Shown in pieces: positions 1 through 10,444 of a stretch of DNA of 64,000 bases. Source of the DNA: Betaproteobacteria bacterium (GTDB taxonomy: Bacteria > Pseudomonadota > Gammaproteobacteria > Burkholderiales > Ga0077523). Made by a program: the position numbers and the translations under genes. The notes under the pieces were generated by a model that was not told where the DNA came from, did no database searches, and saw nothing but the letters and a program-made list of their open reading frames with translations. Position 1 is the stretch's first letter, and each line of letters begins with the position of its first letter. The stretch is from contig JADJPK010000007.1 in assembly GCA_016713305.1 (NCBI GenBank), forward strand, positions 128,513 to 192,512, read 5' to 3'.

Positions 1-20
1 GCAGAGCGATCGGCAGGCGA

Positions 21-34
21 TTGACTCAGATCAA
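21..34. promoter_or_regulatory. FNR/Anr-type box TTGAC-tcag-ATCAA upstream of ccoI
   Basis: It matches the TTGAT-N4-ATCAA consensus at 9 of 10 positions. It lies about 120 nt upstream of the ccoI start. An Fnr-family regulator is encoded at 15384-16160. Confidence 0.5.
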
Positions 35-151
35 CGGCGGGGTGCGCGGCGTCGCTAGTCTCGGGCTTTCCCTGAACGATTCGGTGCCGGGAGTCGCCGG
101 GCGGCAACAGATCGTTCCGCCGGACATCCCGACGCCTGACCACCGGAGTAC

Positions 152-2679
152 ATGATGTCCCAGGTCAATTCGGGGCCTGCCGGCAAAGCCGCGACGGAGC
201 GGTCCCTGCCGGCGCGCGGCCCGATGCCCTGTTACCACTGCGGACTGCCCGTTCTCGAGCCGGGCCGCTTCGTGGCGGTGGTCGAGGGCCAGCCGCGAGA
301 ACTGTGCTGCGCAGGCTGTCAGGCCGTCACGGAATCCATTCTGGGGGCCGGCCTGGAGGCGTTCTATCGCAACCGGGCCGCGTTGTCCGGGCCTGCCGGT
401 GCGGAGGTCGTCCCGCTCAAGGAACTCGAGATCTACGACCGGCCCGAGATCCAGGCGAGCTTCGTCGAACCGGGGCCCGATGGCAGCGCCGAGGCGACCC
501 TCATCGTGGAAGGGATTACCTGTGCTGCCTGCGTGTGGCTCAACGAGCAGCACTTGCAGCGGCTGCCGGGCGTCTTGCGCGCCGACGTGAACTACACCAC
601 ACGCCGTGCCCGGCTGCGCTGGGATCCGGCGCGTGTAAGGCTGTCGGCGATTCTCCAGGCGATCCAGGACATCGGCTACCGGGCGGCACCCCACGACAGC
701 GCCGCGGCCGAACGGCTCGAAAAGGCCGAAGCGCGCAAGGCGCTCTGGCGACTGTTCGTGGCCGCCTTCGGCATGATGCAGGTGATGATGTACGCCTATC
801 CCGCCTACATCGCCACGGACGGGGACATGACTGCCGACATCGCCGCCCTGTTACGGTGGGCGAGCCTCGTATTGACGGTCCCGGTCGTCACCTATTCGGC
901 CGCGCCCTTCTTTCGCGGAACGATCCGCGATCTCCGGCTGGGGCGGCTTGGCATGGACGTGCCCGTCTCCCTCGGCATCGTCGCAGCCTTTGCCGGAAGC
1001 TGCTGGGCGACGTGGCGTGGAGAAGGGGAGGTCTATTTCGATTCCGTCTCCATGTTCATCTTCTTTCTCCTGGCCGGACGCTGGCTCGAGAATGCCGCTC
1101 GCGGGAAGGCCGGCGAGGCACTGCGCCATCTCATGCGGGCCATGCCTGCGCGCGCGGAGCGCATGCCCGGCTATCCGGACCGGCGCGACACGGAAACGAT
1201 TCCCGCCCAGGGGCTCCTGGCTGGCGACCATGTGCTGGTGCGTCCGGGGGATGCTTTTCCTGCGGATGGCGTCCTGGTCGAAGGAGAGACACGGGTCGAC
1301 GAATCGCTGCTGACGGGAGAGAGCGTGCCCGCGTCGCGCCGTCCGGGCGCGGGCGTGGTCGGCGGCACGACCAACGTCACCAATCCCGTGGTGCTGAGAG
1401 TCGAGCGGACGGGATCGGCCACCCGCCTGAATGCCATCGTGCGGCTGGTCGAAACGGCGCACCGCGAGCGGCCGCGTTTCGTCCAGGTGACCGACCGTTA
1501 CGCCGGGTGGTTCGTGGCCGCGGTGCTGGCCATTGCCGCTCTCAGCGCAACGCTCTGGTGGACCATCGATCCCTCGCGCTCACTCGCCGTTGCCGTTGCC
1601 ATTCTCGTCGTGACTTGCCCCTGCGCCCTTTCTCTTGCGACCCCGGCCGCCCTGACCGTGGCCATCGGCGCGATGGCCCGCATGGGTCTGGTCGTAACGC
1701 GCAGCCGCGCGATCGAAACCGCCGCCGGAGTGACGCACGTGGTGCTCGACAAGACCGGGACGCTGACGGAGGGCGTCTTCACCGTGGTCGGCGTTCGCAT
1801 ATTCAATGGGATCGACGAACAGCGCGCCAGAACCATGGCCGCGGTCTTGAGCCAGGGTTCCGACCATCCGGTCGCCAGGGCGCTCAGGACTGCCGGCGTA
1901 TCGGAGACGACGACAGCTGTCGCCGACCTCGTGCACGTGGCGGGCGCCGGACTGGAAGGCCGGATCGAAGGCCGGCGTCATCGCCTGGGCAACCGTCAGT
2001 TTGTGGAAGCGCTGATGGGACGGCCAGTACAAGCGACGCAGGGCGGCTCGGTCTTCACGGAGGTGTGGCTCGCGAACGAAAGGGAGGTGGTGGCGAGATT
2101 CGATCTGGGCGACCGGCTCCGGCCCGGCGCCGTGGAGGCCGTGCACGCGTTCCGCGACATGGGCTGGACCGTCGTCCTCGCGAGCGGCGACCGCGCCGAG
2201 GCTGTCGCGGACGTCGCCCGCAGGTGCAGTATCGAAACTGGCACGCAGGTTGTACTCCTGAACGCAAGCATGAACTGGTCGCCGGACTCCAGGCTGGGGG
2301 CGCCGTCGTCTGCATGGTCGGCGACGGGGTCAACGATGCGCCTGTCCTGGCCCAGGCGGACGTGTCCGTGGCCATGGGCAGTGGCGCCATCCTGGCCCAG
2401 CAGGCCGCCGATCTGGTCCTCACCGGCGGGCGGATCGAGGCGATCGCGACGGGATTCCGGCATGCGGCGCGGACCATGACCATCGTTCGCCAGAATCTCT
2501 TCTGGGCGTTCGCCTACAACGTCGTCGCGGTACCGCTCGCCGCCTTCGGCTGGGTGACGCCCTGGGCGGCCGGGCTCGGCATGGCGGCAAGTTCGGTACT
2601 GGTCGTGGTGAATGCGCTGCGGTTGCGCAGACCTTCAGAGACTGCAGGAGCTTCTGCGGCCGTCGTGCCGCAGGCTTGA
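152..2679 (+). pseudogene. ccoI: Copper-translocating P-type ATPase of cbb3 oxidase maturation (CcoI/FixI), frame broken
   Basis: ORF 152-2479 carries the CYHCGLPV N-terminus, GITCAACV metal-binding site, VTCPCAL membrane motif and DKTGTLT phosphorylation site. The C-terminus (MVGDGVNDAP hinge and last TM helices) continues in the frame of ORF 304-2679. The frame switch (-1) lies near 2234-2240 (..RRCSIE | WHAGCTPERKHELV..). Confidence 0.85.
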
Positions 2680-2702
2680 TCCATTCGATCCGGGCCCGAC
2701 TC

Positions 2703-2912
2703 ATGGACATCCTCTATCTTCTGGTGCCCCTCTCGATCGTTCTCGTGTTCGTCATCGGCGCGTTGTTCTGGTGGTCCCTGCGAAGCGGACAGTTCGACGA
2801 CATGGAAGGACCGGCTCACCGCATTCTCATGGACGACGATACGCCGGCAGCGGAAGCGCGACCGGAGGAATCCGAGGCGGACCGGGAAGGCAACGACAGA
2901 AAATCTCGCTAA
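2703..2912 (+). CDS. ccoS: cbb3 oxidase maturation protein CcoS/FixS
   Basis: Small single-TM protein MDILYLLVPLSIVLVFVIGALFWWSLRSGQFDD located directly after ccoI. The internal ATG at 2703 was preferred over the ORF start at 2676. Confidence 0.8.
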   Translation: MDILYLLVPLSIVLVFVIGALFWWSLRSGQFDDMEGPAHRILMDDDTPAAEARPEESEADREGNDRKSR

Positions 2913-3140
2913 AGCCGTCAGCGGCATCGCCGATAAGGCCCTTCGAATCGGTCGGGAATTTCTTCCAGCGCCGATCGCGTTTGCCGGACTCCCTGAAAAC
3001 GGGAGCGCAGTACGGACTTGCCGTCGACATGTCTCGCGGGACATGCCACGCGCGCCAGAGCCCTGGGCCGCTTCTTTTCTCGGCTACCGGGCCAGTTCCC
3101 TGCCGAAAAGGCGGGATCGCGACCGGGTTCTTCGGGGAGC

Positions 3141-3154
3141 TTGATCTGCGTCAA
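3141..3154. promoter_or_regulatory. FNR/Anr-type box TTGAT-ctgc-GTCAA upstream of ccoN
   Basis: Close match to TTGAT-N4-ATCAA. An ATAATG hexamer at 3177-3182 is spaced as expected for a class II (-41.5) FNR promoter. The ccoN ATG is at 3256. Confidence 0.6.
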
Positions 3155-3255
3155 GCAGCGCTTTGAGTGCGCCGCAATAATGTGCGACAGATCGCCGCAG
3201 AAGGGCGCGGTGGTCGCACACCACTTTTCGGAGTGTTCTGGGATAGGGAGCGGAC

Positions 3256-4678
3256 ATGCAACAACAGACGACCTACAACTACAAGGTGGTCCGACAGTTC
3301 GCCATCATGACGCTGGTTTGGGGCATCGTATGGATGCTCGTGGGCGTGGTGATCGCGGCGCAACTGTTGTGGCCGGATTTGACGCGGGATCCCCTGGCTT
3401 TCGTACGGCCGGCTGCGACCTCTGCACACGAACGCGGTGATCTTCGCGTTCGGCGGCAGCGCGCTGTTCGCGACATCGTATTACGCGGTCCAGCGGACCT
3501 GTCATACGCGGCTGTTCGCCGGACCGCTGGCAGGGTTCACGTTCTGGGGCTGGCAACTCATCATCGTGCTCGCCGCGCTGTCGCTGCCGATGGGCATCAC
3601 CACCGGCAAGGAATACGCCGAGCTCGAGTGGCCCATCGACCTGCTGATCGCCGTCGTCTGGGTCAGCTACGCGATCGTGTTCTTCGGCACGCTCGCCACG
3701 CGCAAGGTCAAGCACATCTACGTGGCCAACTGGTTCTTCGGCGGCTTCATTCTCACGGTGGCGTTGCTGCACATCGTGAACAGCGCCGAGATCCCGGTGT
3801 CGATGTTCAAGTCGTACTCGGCCTACGCCGGTGTGCAGGACGCAATGGTGCAGTGGTGGTACGGCCACAATGCCGTGGGTTTCTTCCTGACCGCCGGATT
3901 CCTTGGGATGATGTACTACTTCGTTCCCAAGCAGGCCGGCCGTCCGGTGTATTCGTACCGTCTCTCGGTCGTGCACTTCTGGGCGCTGATCTTCACCTAC
4001 ATGTGGGCAGGTCCCCACCACCTGCACTACACCGCGCTGCCGGACTGGGCGCAGTCGATTGGCATGGTGTTCTCGCTCATCCTGCTCGCGCCGTCCTGGG
4101 GCGGAATGATCAACGGCATCATGACCCTCTCGGGCGCATGGCACAAACTGCGCACGGATCCGATCCTGAAGTTCCTCATCACGTCCCTGTCCTTCTACGG
4201 CATGTCGACGTTCGAAGGTCCGATGATGTCCATCAAGACCGTGAACTCGCTCTCGCACTATACGGACTGGACGGTGGGCCACGTGCACTCGGGTGCTCTG
4301 GGCTGGGTCGCGATGATCTCCATCGGCAGCCTCTATTACATCATCCCCAGGCTCTTCGGCCGGGTCGAGATGTACAGCGTGCGGCTCATCACCCTTCACT
4401 TCTGGGTGGCCACCATCGGCGTCGTGCTGTACATCGCCGCCATGTGGATCGCCGGGGTGATGCAGGGACTGATGTGGCGTTCGGTCAACCCTGACGGCAC
4501 GCTGACCTACACGTTCGTCGAGAGCGTCAAGTCCACCTACCCGTTCTACGCCATCCGTCTTCTCGGCGGGGTGATGTACCTGAGCGGCATGCTGATCATG
4601 GCCTACAACGTCTGGAAGACCGTGGCAGGTGCCAAGGCCGTGGATGCGCCGATCCTGGCAGCGGCACCGGCGCACTGA
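3256..4678 (+). pseudogene. ccoN: cbb3-type cytochrome c oxidase subunit I (CcoN), frame broken near the N-terminus
   Basis: The N-terminus [29 protein letters not shown] lies in the frame of ORF 3256-4494. The rest ([23 protein letters not shown] ... HVHSGALGW, multi-TM haem-copper fold) lies in the frame of ORF 3437-4678. The switch is within 3378-3392. Confidence 0.9.
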
Positions 4679-4693
4679 GCACAGGAGAGACAA

Positions 4694-5308
4694 ATGAGCT
4701 TTTCACACGAAACCATCGAGAAGAACATCACCTGGCTCATCGTGCTGGTGGTGCTCACGGTCAGCGTGGGCGGCCTGGTCGAGATCGTGCCGCTGTTCTT
4801 CCAGAAATCCACGACCGAAGCCGTCAAGGGAGTGGAGCCGTACTCGCCTCTGCGCCTGACAGGGCGTGACGTCTACATCCGCGAAGGTTGCTACAACTGC
4901 CATTCGCAGATGGTGCGTCCGTTCCGCGCGGAGACGGAACGCTACGGTCATTACTCGGTTGCCGGCGAGTACGTCTACGACCATCCGTTCCAGTGGGGCA
5001 GCAAGCGCACCGGTCCGGATCTGCACAGGGTGGGCGGGCGTTACAGCGACGATTGGCACAGGCTTCATCTGAACAATCCGCGCGACGTGGTTCCCGAGTC
5101 CAACATGCCGGCGTATCCGTGGCTCGCTTCCGCGCCAGCCGATGCTTCCACGATCGAGGCGAAGATGAAGGCGCTGCGGATGGTTGGCGTGCCGTACACC
5201 GACGAGCAGATCGGCAAGGCTCGCGAGGAGCTTGCCGGGAAGACCGAGCAGGATGCGCTGGTCGCGTACCTGCAGGGTCTGGGTACCGCTCTCAAGAACG
5301 TGAGGTGA
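4694..5308 (+). CDS. ccoO: cbb3-type cytochrome c oxidase subunit II, monohaem (CcoO)
   Basis: N-terminal TM anchor, [11 protein letters not shown] haem c site and FixO-like sequence throughout. It starts 16 nt after ccoN. Confidence 0.95.
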   Translation: MSFSHETIEKNITWLIVLVVLTVSVGGLVEIVPLFFQKSTTEAVKGVEPYSPLRLTGRDVYIREGCYNCHSQMVRPFRAETERYGHYSVAGEYVYDHPFQWGSKRTGPDLHRVGGRYSDDWHRLHLNNPRDVVPESNMPAYPWLASAPADASTIEAKMKALRMVGVPYTDEQIGKAREELAGKTEQDALVAYLQGLGTALKNVR

Positions 5309-5311
5309 TAC

Positions 5312-5497
5312 ATGGACATCTCCGTGGCAGACGTTCGTTCCTGGATGACCGTGGTTCAATTCGTGGTCTTCCTGGGCATCGTGTGGTGGGCGTTCGGCGC
5401 GGCCCGGAAGGGACGCTTCGAAGAGGCGGCGAAGCTCGCCCTGGAGGACGACGATCCTGTCGTCCAGACGGGCACGCGGCGCGGCGGACAGAAATAA
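5312..5497 (+). CDS. ccoQ: cbb3 oxidase small subunit CcoQ
   Basis: 61-aa single-TM protein sitting between ccoO and ccoP, which is the canonical position. Confidence 0.7.
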   Translation: MDISVADVRSWMTVVQFVVFLGIVWWAFGAARKGRFEEAAKLALEDDDPVVQTGTRRGGQK

Positions 5498-5509
5498 GAG
5501 GGAAGAGTC

Positions 5510-6430
5510 ATGAGTGATTTCACAAGCGATTTCTGGAGCCTCTACGTCGCTCTCATCACGGTGGTCAGCATCGTGGGATGCGGCATTTTCCTGAAGGCGC
5601 TGTCTTCCAAGCGCGTTCCCGGCTCGAAGGTCGAGACCATGGGGCACGTCTGGGACGGTGATCTGGAGGAATACAACAACCCGTTGCCGAAGTGGTGGAT
5701 GTGGCTCTTCTACATCACGCTCGTGTTCGGAGCGATCTACCTCGCGCTGTATCCGGGCCTGGGCAGCTCAAAGGGGGCCTACAACTGGTCATCCACCGGG
5801 CAGTACGACACCGAACAGGTCCGCGCGCAGGAGCGCTTCGGTCCCATCTTCGAGAAGTTCCAGAAGATGGAACTCGAGCAGGTGGCGGCGAGTCCGGAAG
5901 CCAAGGAAATCGGGCAACGGCTCTTTCTCAACTACTGCGCGCAGTGTCACGCATCCGACGGCCGCGGCAGCAAGGGCTTCCCCAACCTGACGGACAAGGA
6001 CTGGCTCTATGGCGGCGAACCGGCCACCATCAAGACATCCATCCTCGAGGGACGCGGCGGGATGATGCCTCCTCTGGGTCCGGTTCTGGGCGAGGAGGGA
6101 ACGAAGGACGTGGCGAACTACGTGATGTCGCTGTCGGGCCTCACGAACGACTCGGCGCGTGCCGGACGCGGCAAGGAGAAGTTCGAGCAGAACTGCGCGG
6201 CCTGTCACGGTCCTGAAGGAAAGGGCAACCCCGCTCTGGGCGCGCCGAACCTGGCGGACAGCACCTGGCTCTACGGCGGCAGCGAAGCGACGATCATCGA
6301 AACGGTCACCAAGGGTCGCAACGGACGGATGCCCGCGCACAAGGAGTTCCTCGGCGAGGCCAAAGTGCACGTCCTGGCCGCGTATATCTGGAGCCTGTCG
6401 AATTCCGGCGAGAAAGTCGCCAATCAGTAG
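5510..6430 (+). CDS. ccoP: cbb3-type cytochrome c oxidase subunit III, dihaem (CcoP)
   Basis: N-terminal TM helix plus two CxxCH sites (CAQCHASDG, CAACHGPEG). Confidence 0.9.
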   Translation: MSDFTSDFWSLYVALITVVSIVGCGIFLKALSSKRVPGSKVETMGHVWDGDLEEYNNPLPKWWMWLFYITLVFGAIYLALYPGLGSSKGAYNWSSTGQYDTEQVRAQERFGPIFEKFQKMELEQVAASPEAKEIGQRLFLNYCAQCHASDGRGSKGFPNLTDKDWLYGGEPATIKTSILEGRGGMMPPLGPVLGEEGTKDVANYVMSLSGLTNDSARAGRGKEKFEQNCAACHGPEGKGNPALGAPNLADSTWLYGGSEATIIETVTKGRNGRMPAHKEFLGEAKVHVLAAYIWSLSNSGEKVANQ

Positions 6431-6444
6431 GACTCTTGCGGTAG

Positions 6445-6478
6445 ACGGGTCGGTGGCGCCTCGGCACCGCTGACCCGT
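6445..6478 (+). terminator. Stem-loop after ccoP (no U-tract)
   Basis: ACGGGTC...GACCCGT outer stem plus GGTG/CACC inner stem, starting 15 nt after the ccoP stop. No T-run follows, so termination activity is uncertain. Confidence 0.3.
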
Positions 6479-6734
6479 GTCCATCGAGACACGCCGATCT
6501 GCCGGCCATCGCACCCTGGACGCGAACCGCAGACGAGCGCTGAAAGCATCAATGGCCGGACGGTTTCCGTCCAAGGCTTGGGGGGACGGCGCAGAGAGGC
6601 GGCTTTCTGCGTGACACGAATGTTCCGGGATGGGCGTCACACGGAGTGACGCGGATTCCGGTTCCGTGCGGACGCCACGACCCGGCCATCGCTGGAATCG
6701 CTCGCTGACCGCACTTTGGTACAGACGAGGTTCC

Positions 6735-8183
6735 ATGGACGCGCAGGTCAGGTCACAAGCGAAGGGCAAGCCGGCTGCCGGCGGCAAGGGCACCGACGAG
6801 GATCAGGCCCTATACGAGATCCGCAAGAAGATCTACCCCAGGGCGGTGACCGGGCATTTCGCGACGGCACGCTGGGCCCTGGTGTTCCTGACGCAATTCG
6901 TCTTCTACGGTCTGGCCTGGTTCGAATGGAACGGCCGGCAGGCCGTGCTGTTCGATCTCGCATCGCGCAAGTTCTACATCTTCGGCCTCGTCTTCTGGCC
7001 GCAGGACATCGTCTATCTCACCGTCCTGCTCATTCTCTCTGCGTACGCACTGTTTCTTTTCACGGCGGTGGCGGGCCGGCTGTGGTGCGGCTACGCCTGT
7101 CCCCAGACCGTCTATACCGAACTTTTTCTCTGGATAGAGCGGGTCGTCGAGGGAGACCGGTTGCAGCGCATGAAGCTCGACAAGTCCGAATTGTCGGGTC
7201 GCAAGTTCGGCAAGAAGGCCGTCAAGCATTCGCTGTGGATTCTTCTCGCCCTGTGGACCGGTTTCACGTTCGTCGGCTACTTCACGCCCATCCGGACGCT
7301 CGCCTCCGACGTGATGGCCTTCGGTGCCGGTCCCTGGGAAACGTTCTGGATGCTGTTCTACGGTTTCGCGACCTACGGCAATGCGGGCTGGATGCGGGAG
7401 CAGGTATGCAAGTACATGTGCCCTTATGCGCGATTCCAGGGGGTCATGTTCGATCCGGATACGCTGGTCATCACCTACGACAAGGAGCGCGGCGAACCCC
7501 GGGGAGCGCGTTCGAAGTCGGCAGACCCCTCGAAGCTGGGGCTGGGAGCCTGTGTGGACTGCGGCATCTGCGTGCAGGTGTGTCCGACGGGCATCGATAT
7601 CCGGAACGGGTTGCAGTACGAATGCATCGGCTGTGCCGCGTGCATCGACGGTTGCAACCAGGTCATGGACAAGATGAACTACCCTCGGGGGCTCATCCGT
7701 TACTCGACCGAACACGCCGTCAAGCAGCATCTGGACCGCAAGGCGATGATCCGGCAGATCTTCAGGTTCCGCGTGCTGCTGTACACCGGCATCCTGCTTG
7801 CCGTTGCCACGGCAGCGGTGGTGACGCTGGCGCATCGGGTGCCGGTGAAAGTCGACGTCATTCGAGACCGGGTGCCGATGGCCGCGGACAATGGAGACGG
7901 CAAGGTGGAGAACGTCTACCGGCTGCAACTGATGAATACGGACGAAACGCCACGCACCTTCAGGATCAGCGCGTCGGGCTTGCCCGAGCTTCAGCTGGAT
8001 GCGCGGGAGAATCCGGTCGAACTGCCGGGGGCCACCTCTCGCATGGTGCCTGTGAGGGTACGTGCCAAGCCCGACGCGGCCAGCCACGGATCTATGGGCA
8101 TCGATTTCCGGGTGGAAGCCACGAGCAAGGACAACCCGACACCGATCGTGATCGACGAGAAGGCGAAGTTCATCGTTCCCTGA
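6735..8183 (+). CDS. ccoG: cbb3 oxidase accessory ferredoxin-like membrane protein CcoG/FixG
   Basis: LYEIRKKIYPRAVTGHF start region, TM helices, and Cys clusters CKYMCPYARFQ and CVDCGICVQVCPTG..CIGCAACIDGC. The ATG at 6735 was preferred to the ORF start at 6630. Confidence 0.9.
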   Translation: MDAQVRSQAKGKPAAGGKGTDEDQALYEIRKKIYPRAVTGHFATARWALVFLTQFVFYGLAWFEWNGRQAVLFDLASRKFYIFGLVFWPQDIVYLTVLLILSAYALFLFTAVAGRLWCGYACPQTVYTELFLWIERVVEGDRLQRMKLDKSELSGRKFGKKAVKHSLWILLALWTGFTFVGYFTPIRTLASDVMAFGAGPWETFWMLFYGFATYGNAGWMREQVCKYMCPYARFQGVMFDPDTLVITYDKERGEPRGARSKSADPSKLGLGACVDCGICVQVCPTGIDIRNGLQYECIGCAACIDGCNQVMDKMNYPRGLIRYSTEHAVKQHLDRKAMIRQIFRFRVLLYTGILLAVATAAVVTLAHRVPVKVDVIRDRVPMAADNGDGKVENVYRLQLMNTDETPRTFRISASGLPELQLDARENPVELPGATSRMVPVRVRAKPDAASHGSMGIDFRVEATSKDNPTPIVIDEKAKFIVP

Positions 8184-8190
8184 AGGTGCA

Positions 8191-8736
8191 ATGGAAGAGG
8201 ATGACAAACCGATGATTGCAGACACAGCCGGACGGGCGGGCAGCGGGCTCCCCTGGTATCGGGAACCGTGGCCCTGGATCCTCATGGCGGGTCCGGTCGC
8301 AGCGGTGATCGGCGGTGCCATCACCGCCTACATCGCGGTCACGCATCAGGATGGTCTGGTGGCGGAGGACTACTACAAGCAGGGCCTCGCCATCAACCGG
8401 ACCGTCGCGAAGGGGCGCGCAGCCACGAAACTGGGGCTGACGGGGCGGTTGCAGGTCGGCGACGATGGGCGACGTCTGCGTGTGCTGCTCGAAGGGGCCT
8501 CCGGGACTCCCGCATCGCTCAAGCTCAAACTGGCCCACGCCACGGTCGCGGGCATGGATCAGCAGGTGGGTCTCTCCCTGGTGGACGGCGGCTGGTACGA
8601 GGGGGTTCTCGCCACCACAGTGACTCAAGGCAAATGGAAGGTGCTGCTGGAAGATTCCGAAGGTCGGTGGCGCATCACCGGGATCTGGCTATCCGGAGAA
8701 GAAAATACGGTTACACTGGCCGCCAAGGACGATTGA
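8191..8736 (+). CDS. ccoH: FixH/CcoH family assembly protein
   Basis: PWYREPWPWILMAGP..AEDYYKQGLAINR is a typical FixH N-terminus. The gene follows ccoG. Confidence 0.8.
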   Translation: MEEDDKPMIADTAGRAGSGLPWYREPWPWILMAGPVAAVIGGAITAYIAVTHQDGLVAEDYYKQGLAINRTVAKGRAATKLGLTGRLQVGDDGRRLRVLLEGASGTPASLKLKLAHATVAGMDQQVGLSLVDGGWYEGVLATTVTQGKWKVLLEDSEGRWRITGIWLSGEENTVTLAAKDD

Positions 8737-8751
8737 CGGGGAGGGATCGCC

Positions 8752-9060
8752 GTGTCGGCTCAGCGACTCATGCACGTGTTGTGGCCCGCTTTCATCGTGG
8801 CGGGCGCTGCCGAGGCCTTGTTCTTTTCGGTCTTCGACCCGTCCGAGCTCTCCATCTTCGGTGAGATGGCGGGTATGGCTCCCACCGCGGTGTATTCCGC
8901 TGGCTTCTTCTTCTTCTGGGCAGTGGCCACGGCTTCCAGCGTGTTGACCTGCTTCTTTCAGCGCACGGCGGCGGACATCAACAAGTGCCCCATCGAGGAT
9001 CCCACCGCCCGTCCGGTGGGCTGCCCCAAGCGCGACGATCCCAACGCCTGTTCCTCGTGA
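8752..9060 (+). CDS. Hypothetical small membrane protein
   Basis: GTG-start ORF of 102 aa with two or three hydrophobic segments, 15 nt after ccoH. I did not recognise a family. Confidence 0.4.
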   Translation: MSAQRLMHVLWPAFIVAGAAEALFFSVFDPSELSIFGEMAGMAPTAVYSAGFFFFWAVATASSVLTCFFQRTAADINKCPIEDPTARPVGCPKRDDPNACSS

Positions 9061-9366
9061 TTCTGCGGTTGTGACCGCGCCATTCGCGCGGGAGGTGCAG
9101 GTGCCCCTGCACTCGATGCGTATCACGAATTTCTCTCCCGGGTGAACTCAGGCCGCGATTCTCCCGGTCCATCGACGGATCGGGAGGCTCCCGGTCATGC
9201 CTCTCCCATACCGGAGTCCGATTTCGTGTCGGGCCCCCTTCCTGCCCATCTGTCCTGCCGGATCCCGGCTCGCGTTAGTGCGTGCCGTATGTGACCGAAG
9301 TCACCGAGCGCATGGCGCGAGGGACGCACACTTCATGGCGAATATCCTGGAGGGGTTGTACCTACC

Positions 9367-10410
9367 GTGACCACCGAGAATCGACACGCTGTCCTGCGCA
9401 TCGCGGGCGCTGCCCTGGTGTCTTGTGTTCTGGCCGGGCAGGCCCATGGCGAGAATCTGGCCACCGGGGCTGTCCAGTATCGCGAGGTGGATGTCACCTA
9501 CGCCGCCGAAGCCGTGGTGGAAGCGACGCGGCAATCCACGGTGTCCGCTCAGGTCACCGGCCGGATCGTCGAGCTGAAATACGACGTCGGTGACTACGTC
9601 CAGAAGGGACAGCTCCTCGTGCGCATCGACCAGACCGAAGCGCAGCAGGTCCTGGCCGGCAGCGAGGCGCAGGTCGCCCAGGCGCAGGCGGCTTTCGAGA
9701 ACGCGCGTGTCGAGCTGGACAGGACTCGCGATCTTGCCAAGCAGAAGTTCATCAGCCAGGCCGCTCTGGACAAGGCCGAGGCCGCATACCGGGTGGCCGA
9801 GGCTCAGCTGCGGACGGCAAAGGCAGGAGCGGGCCAGGCGGCCACCACCAAGGGATACACCACGGTCGTCGCGCCCTACAGCGGTGTCGTGTCGGCCCGC
9901 CACGTGGAGCTCGGCGAGATGGCAGCGCCTGGCAAGCCGCTCCTGACGGGGTTCGACCCAGGCGACCTGCGGGCTCTTGCCACCGTTCCCCAATACAAGG
10001 TCCCGGATATCAAGGGCAGTCCGCGGGTCGTGGTGGAAATTCCTTCGATCAGCCGGCAGGTCACGGGCCGTTCCTTCACCGTGCTGCCGGCGGCTGACGC
10101 CAATACGCATTCCACGAAGGTTCGCATCGATCTGCCTGCCGATCTGCGCGACGTCTATCCCGGTGTGTACGCCCGGGCGCATTTCACTGTGGGCCGGGGC
10201 CGCAAGCTCGTCATGCCCACCACGGCCATCGTCCGCCGCAGCGAGGTGACGGGGGCCTATGTCGTGGACGCCAGGGGAGGCGTCTCGCTTCGCCAGATCC
10301 GCGTCGGCGAGCCCGCAGGAGAGAACTACACCGAGGTGCTGTCCGGGCTCAAGCCGGGCGAGAACGTGGCGCTCGATCCCGTGAAAGCGGGCATCGCGCT
10401 CGGCAAGTGA
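9367..10410 (+). CDS. Efflux RND transporter periplasmic adaptor subunit (MFP/HlyD family)
   Basis: Signal or anchor sequence, lipoyl-like hairpin (GRIVELKYDVGDYVQKGQLLVRID), coiled coil (AQVAQAQAAFENARVELDRTRDLAKQ..) and a beta-barrel C-terminus. Confidence 0.8.
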   Translation: MTTENRHAVLRIAGAALVSCVLAGQAHGENLATGAVQYREVDVTYAAEAVVEATRQSTVSAQVTGRIVELKYDVGDYVQKGQLLVRIDQTEAQQVLAGSEAQVAQAQAAFENARVELDRTRDLAKQKFISQAALDKAEAAYRVAEAQLRTAKAGAGQAATTKGYTTVVAPYSGVVSARHVELGEMAAPGKPLLTGFDPGDLRALATVPQYKVPDIKGSPRVVVEIPSISRQVTGRSFTVLPAADANTHSTKVRIDLPADLRDVYPGVYARAHFTVGRGRKLVMPTTAIVRRSEVTGAYVVDARGGVSLRQIRVGEPAGENYTEVLSGLKPGENVALDPVKAGIALGK

Positions 10411-10444
10411 CCTATCCACTACAGACACAGACGGAGGACGCGCA

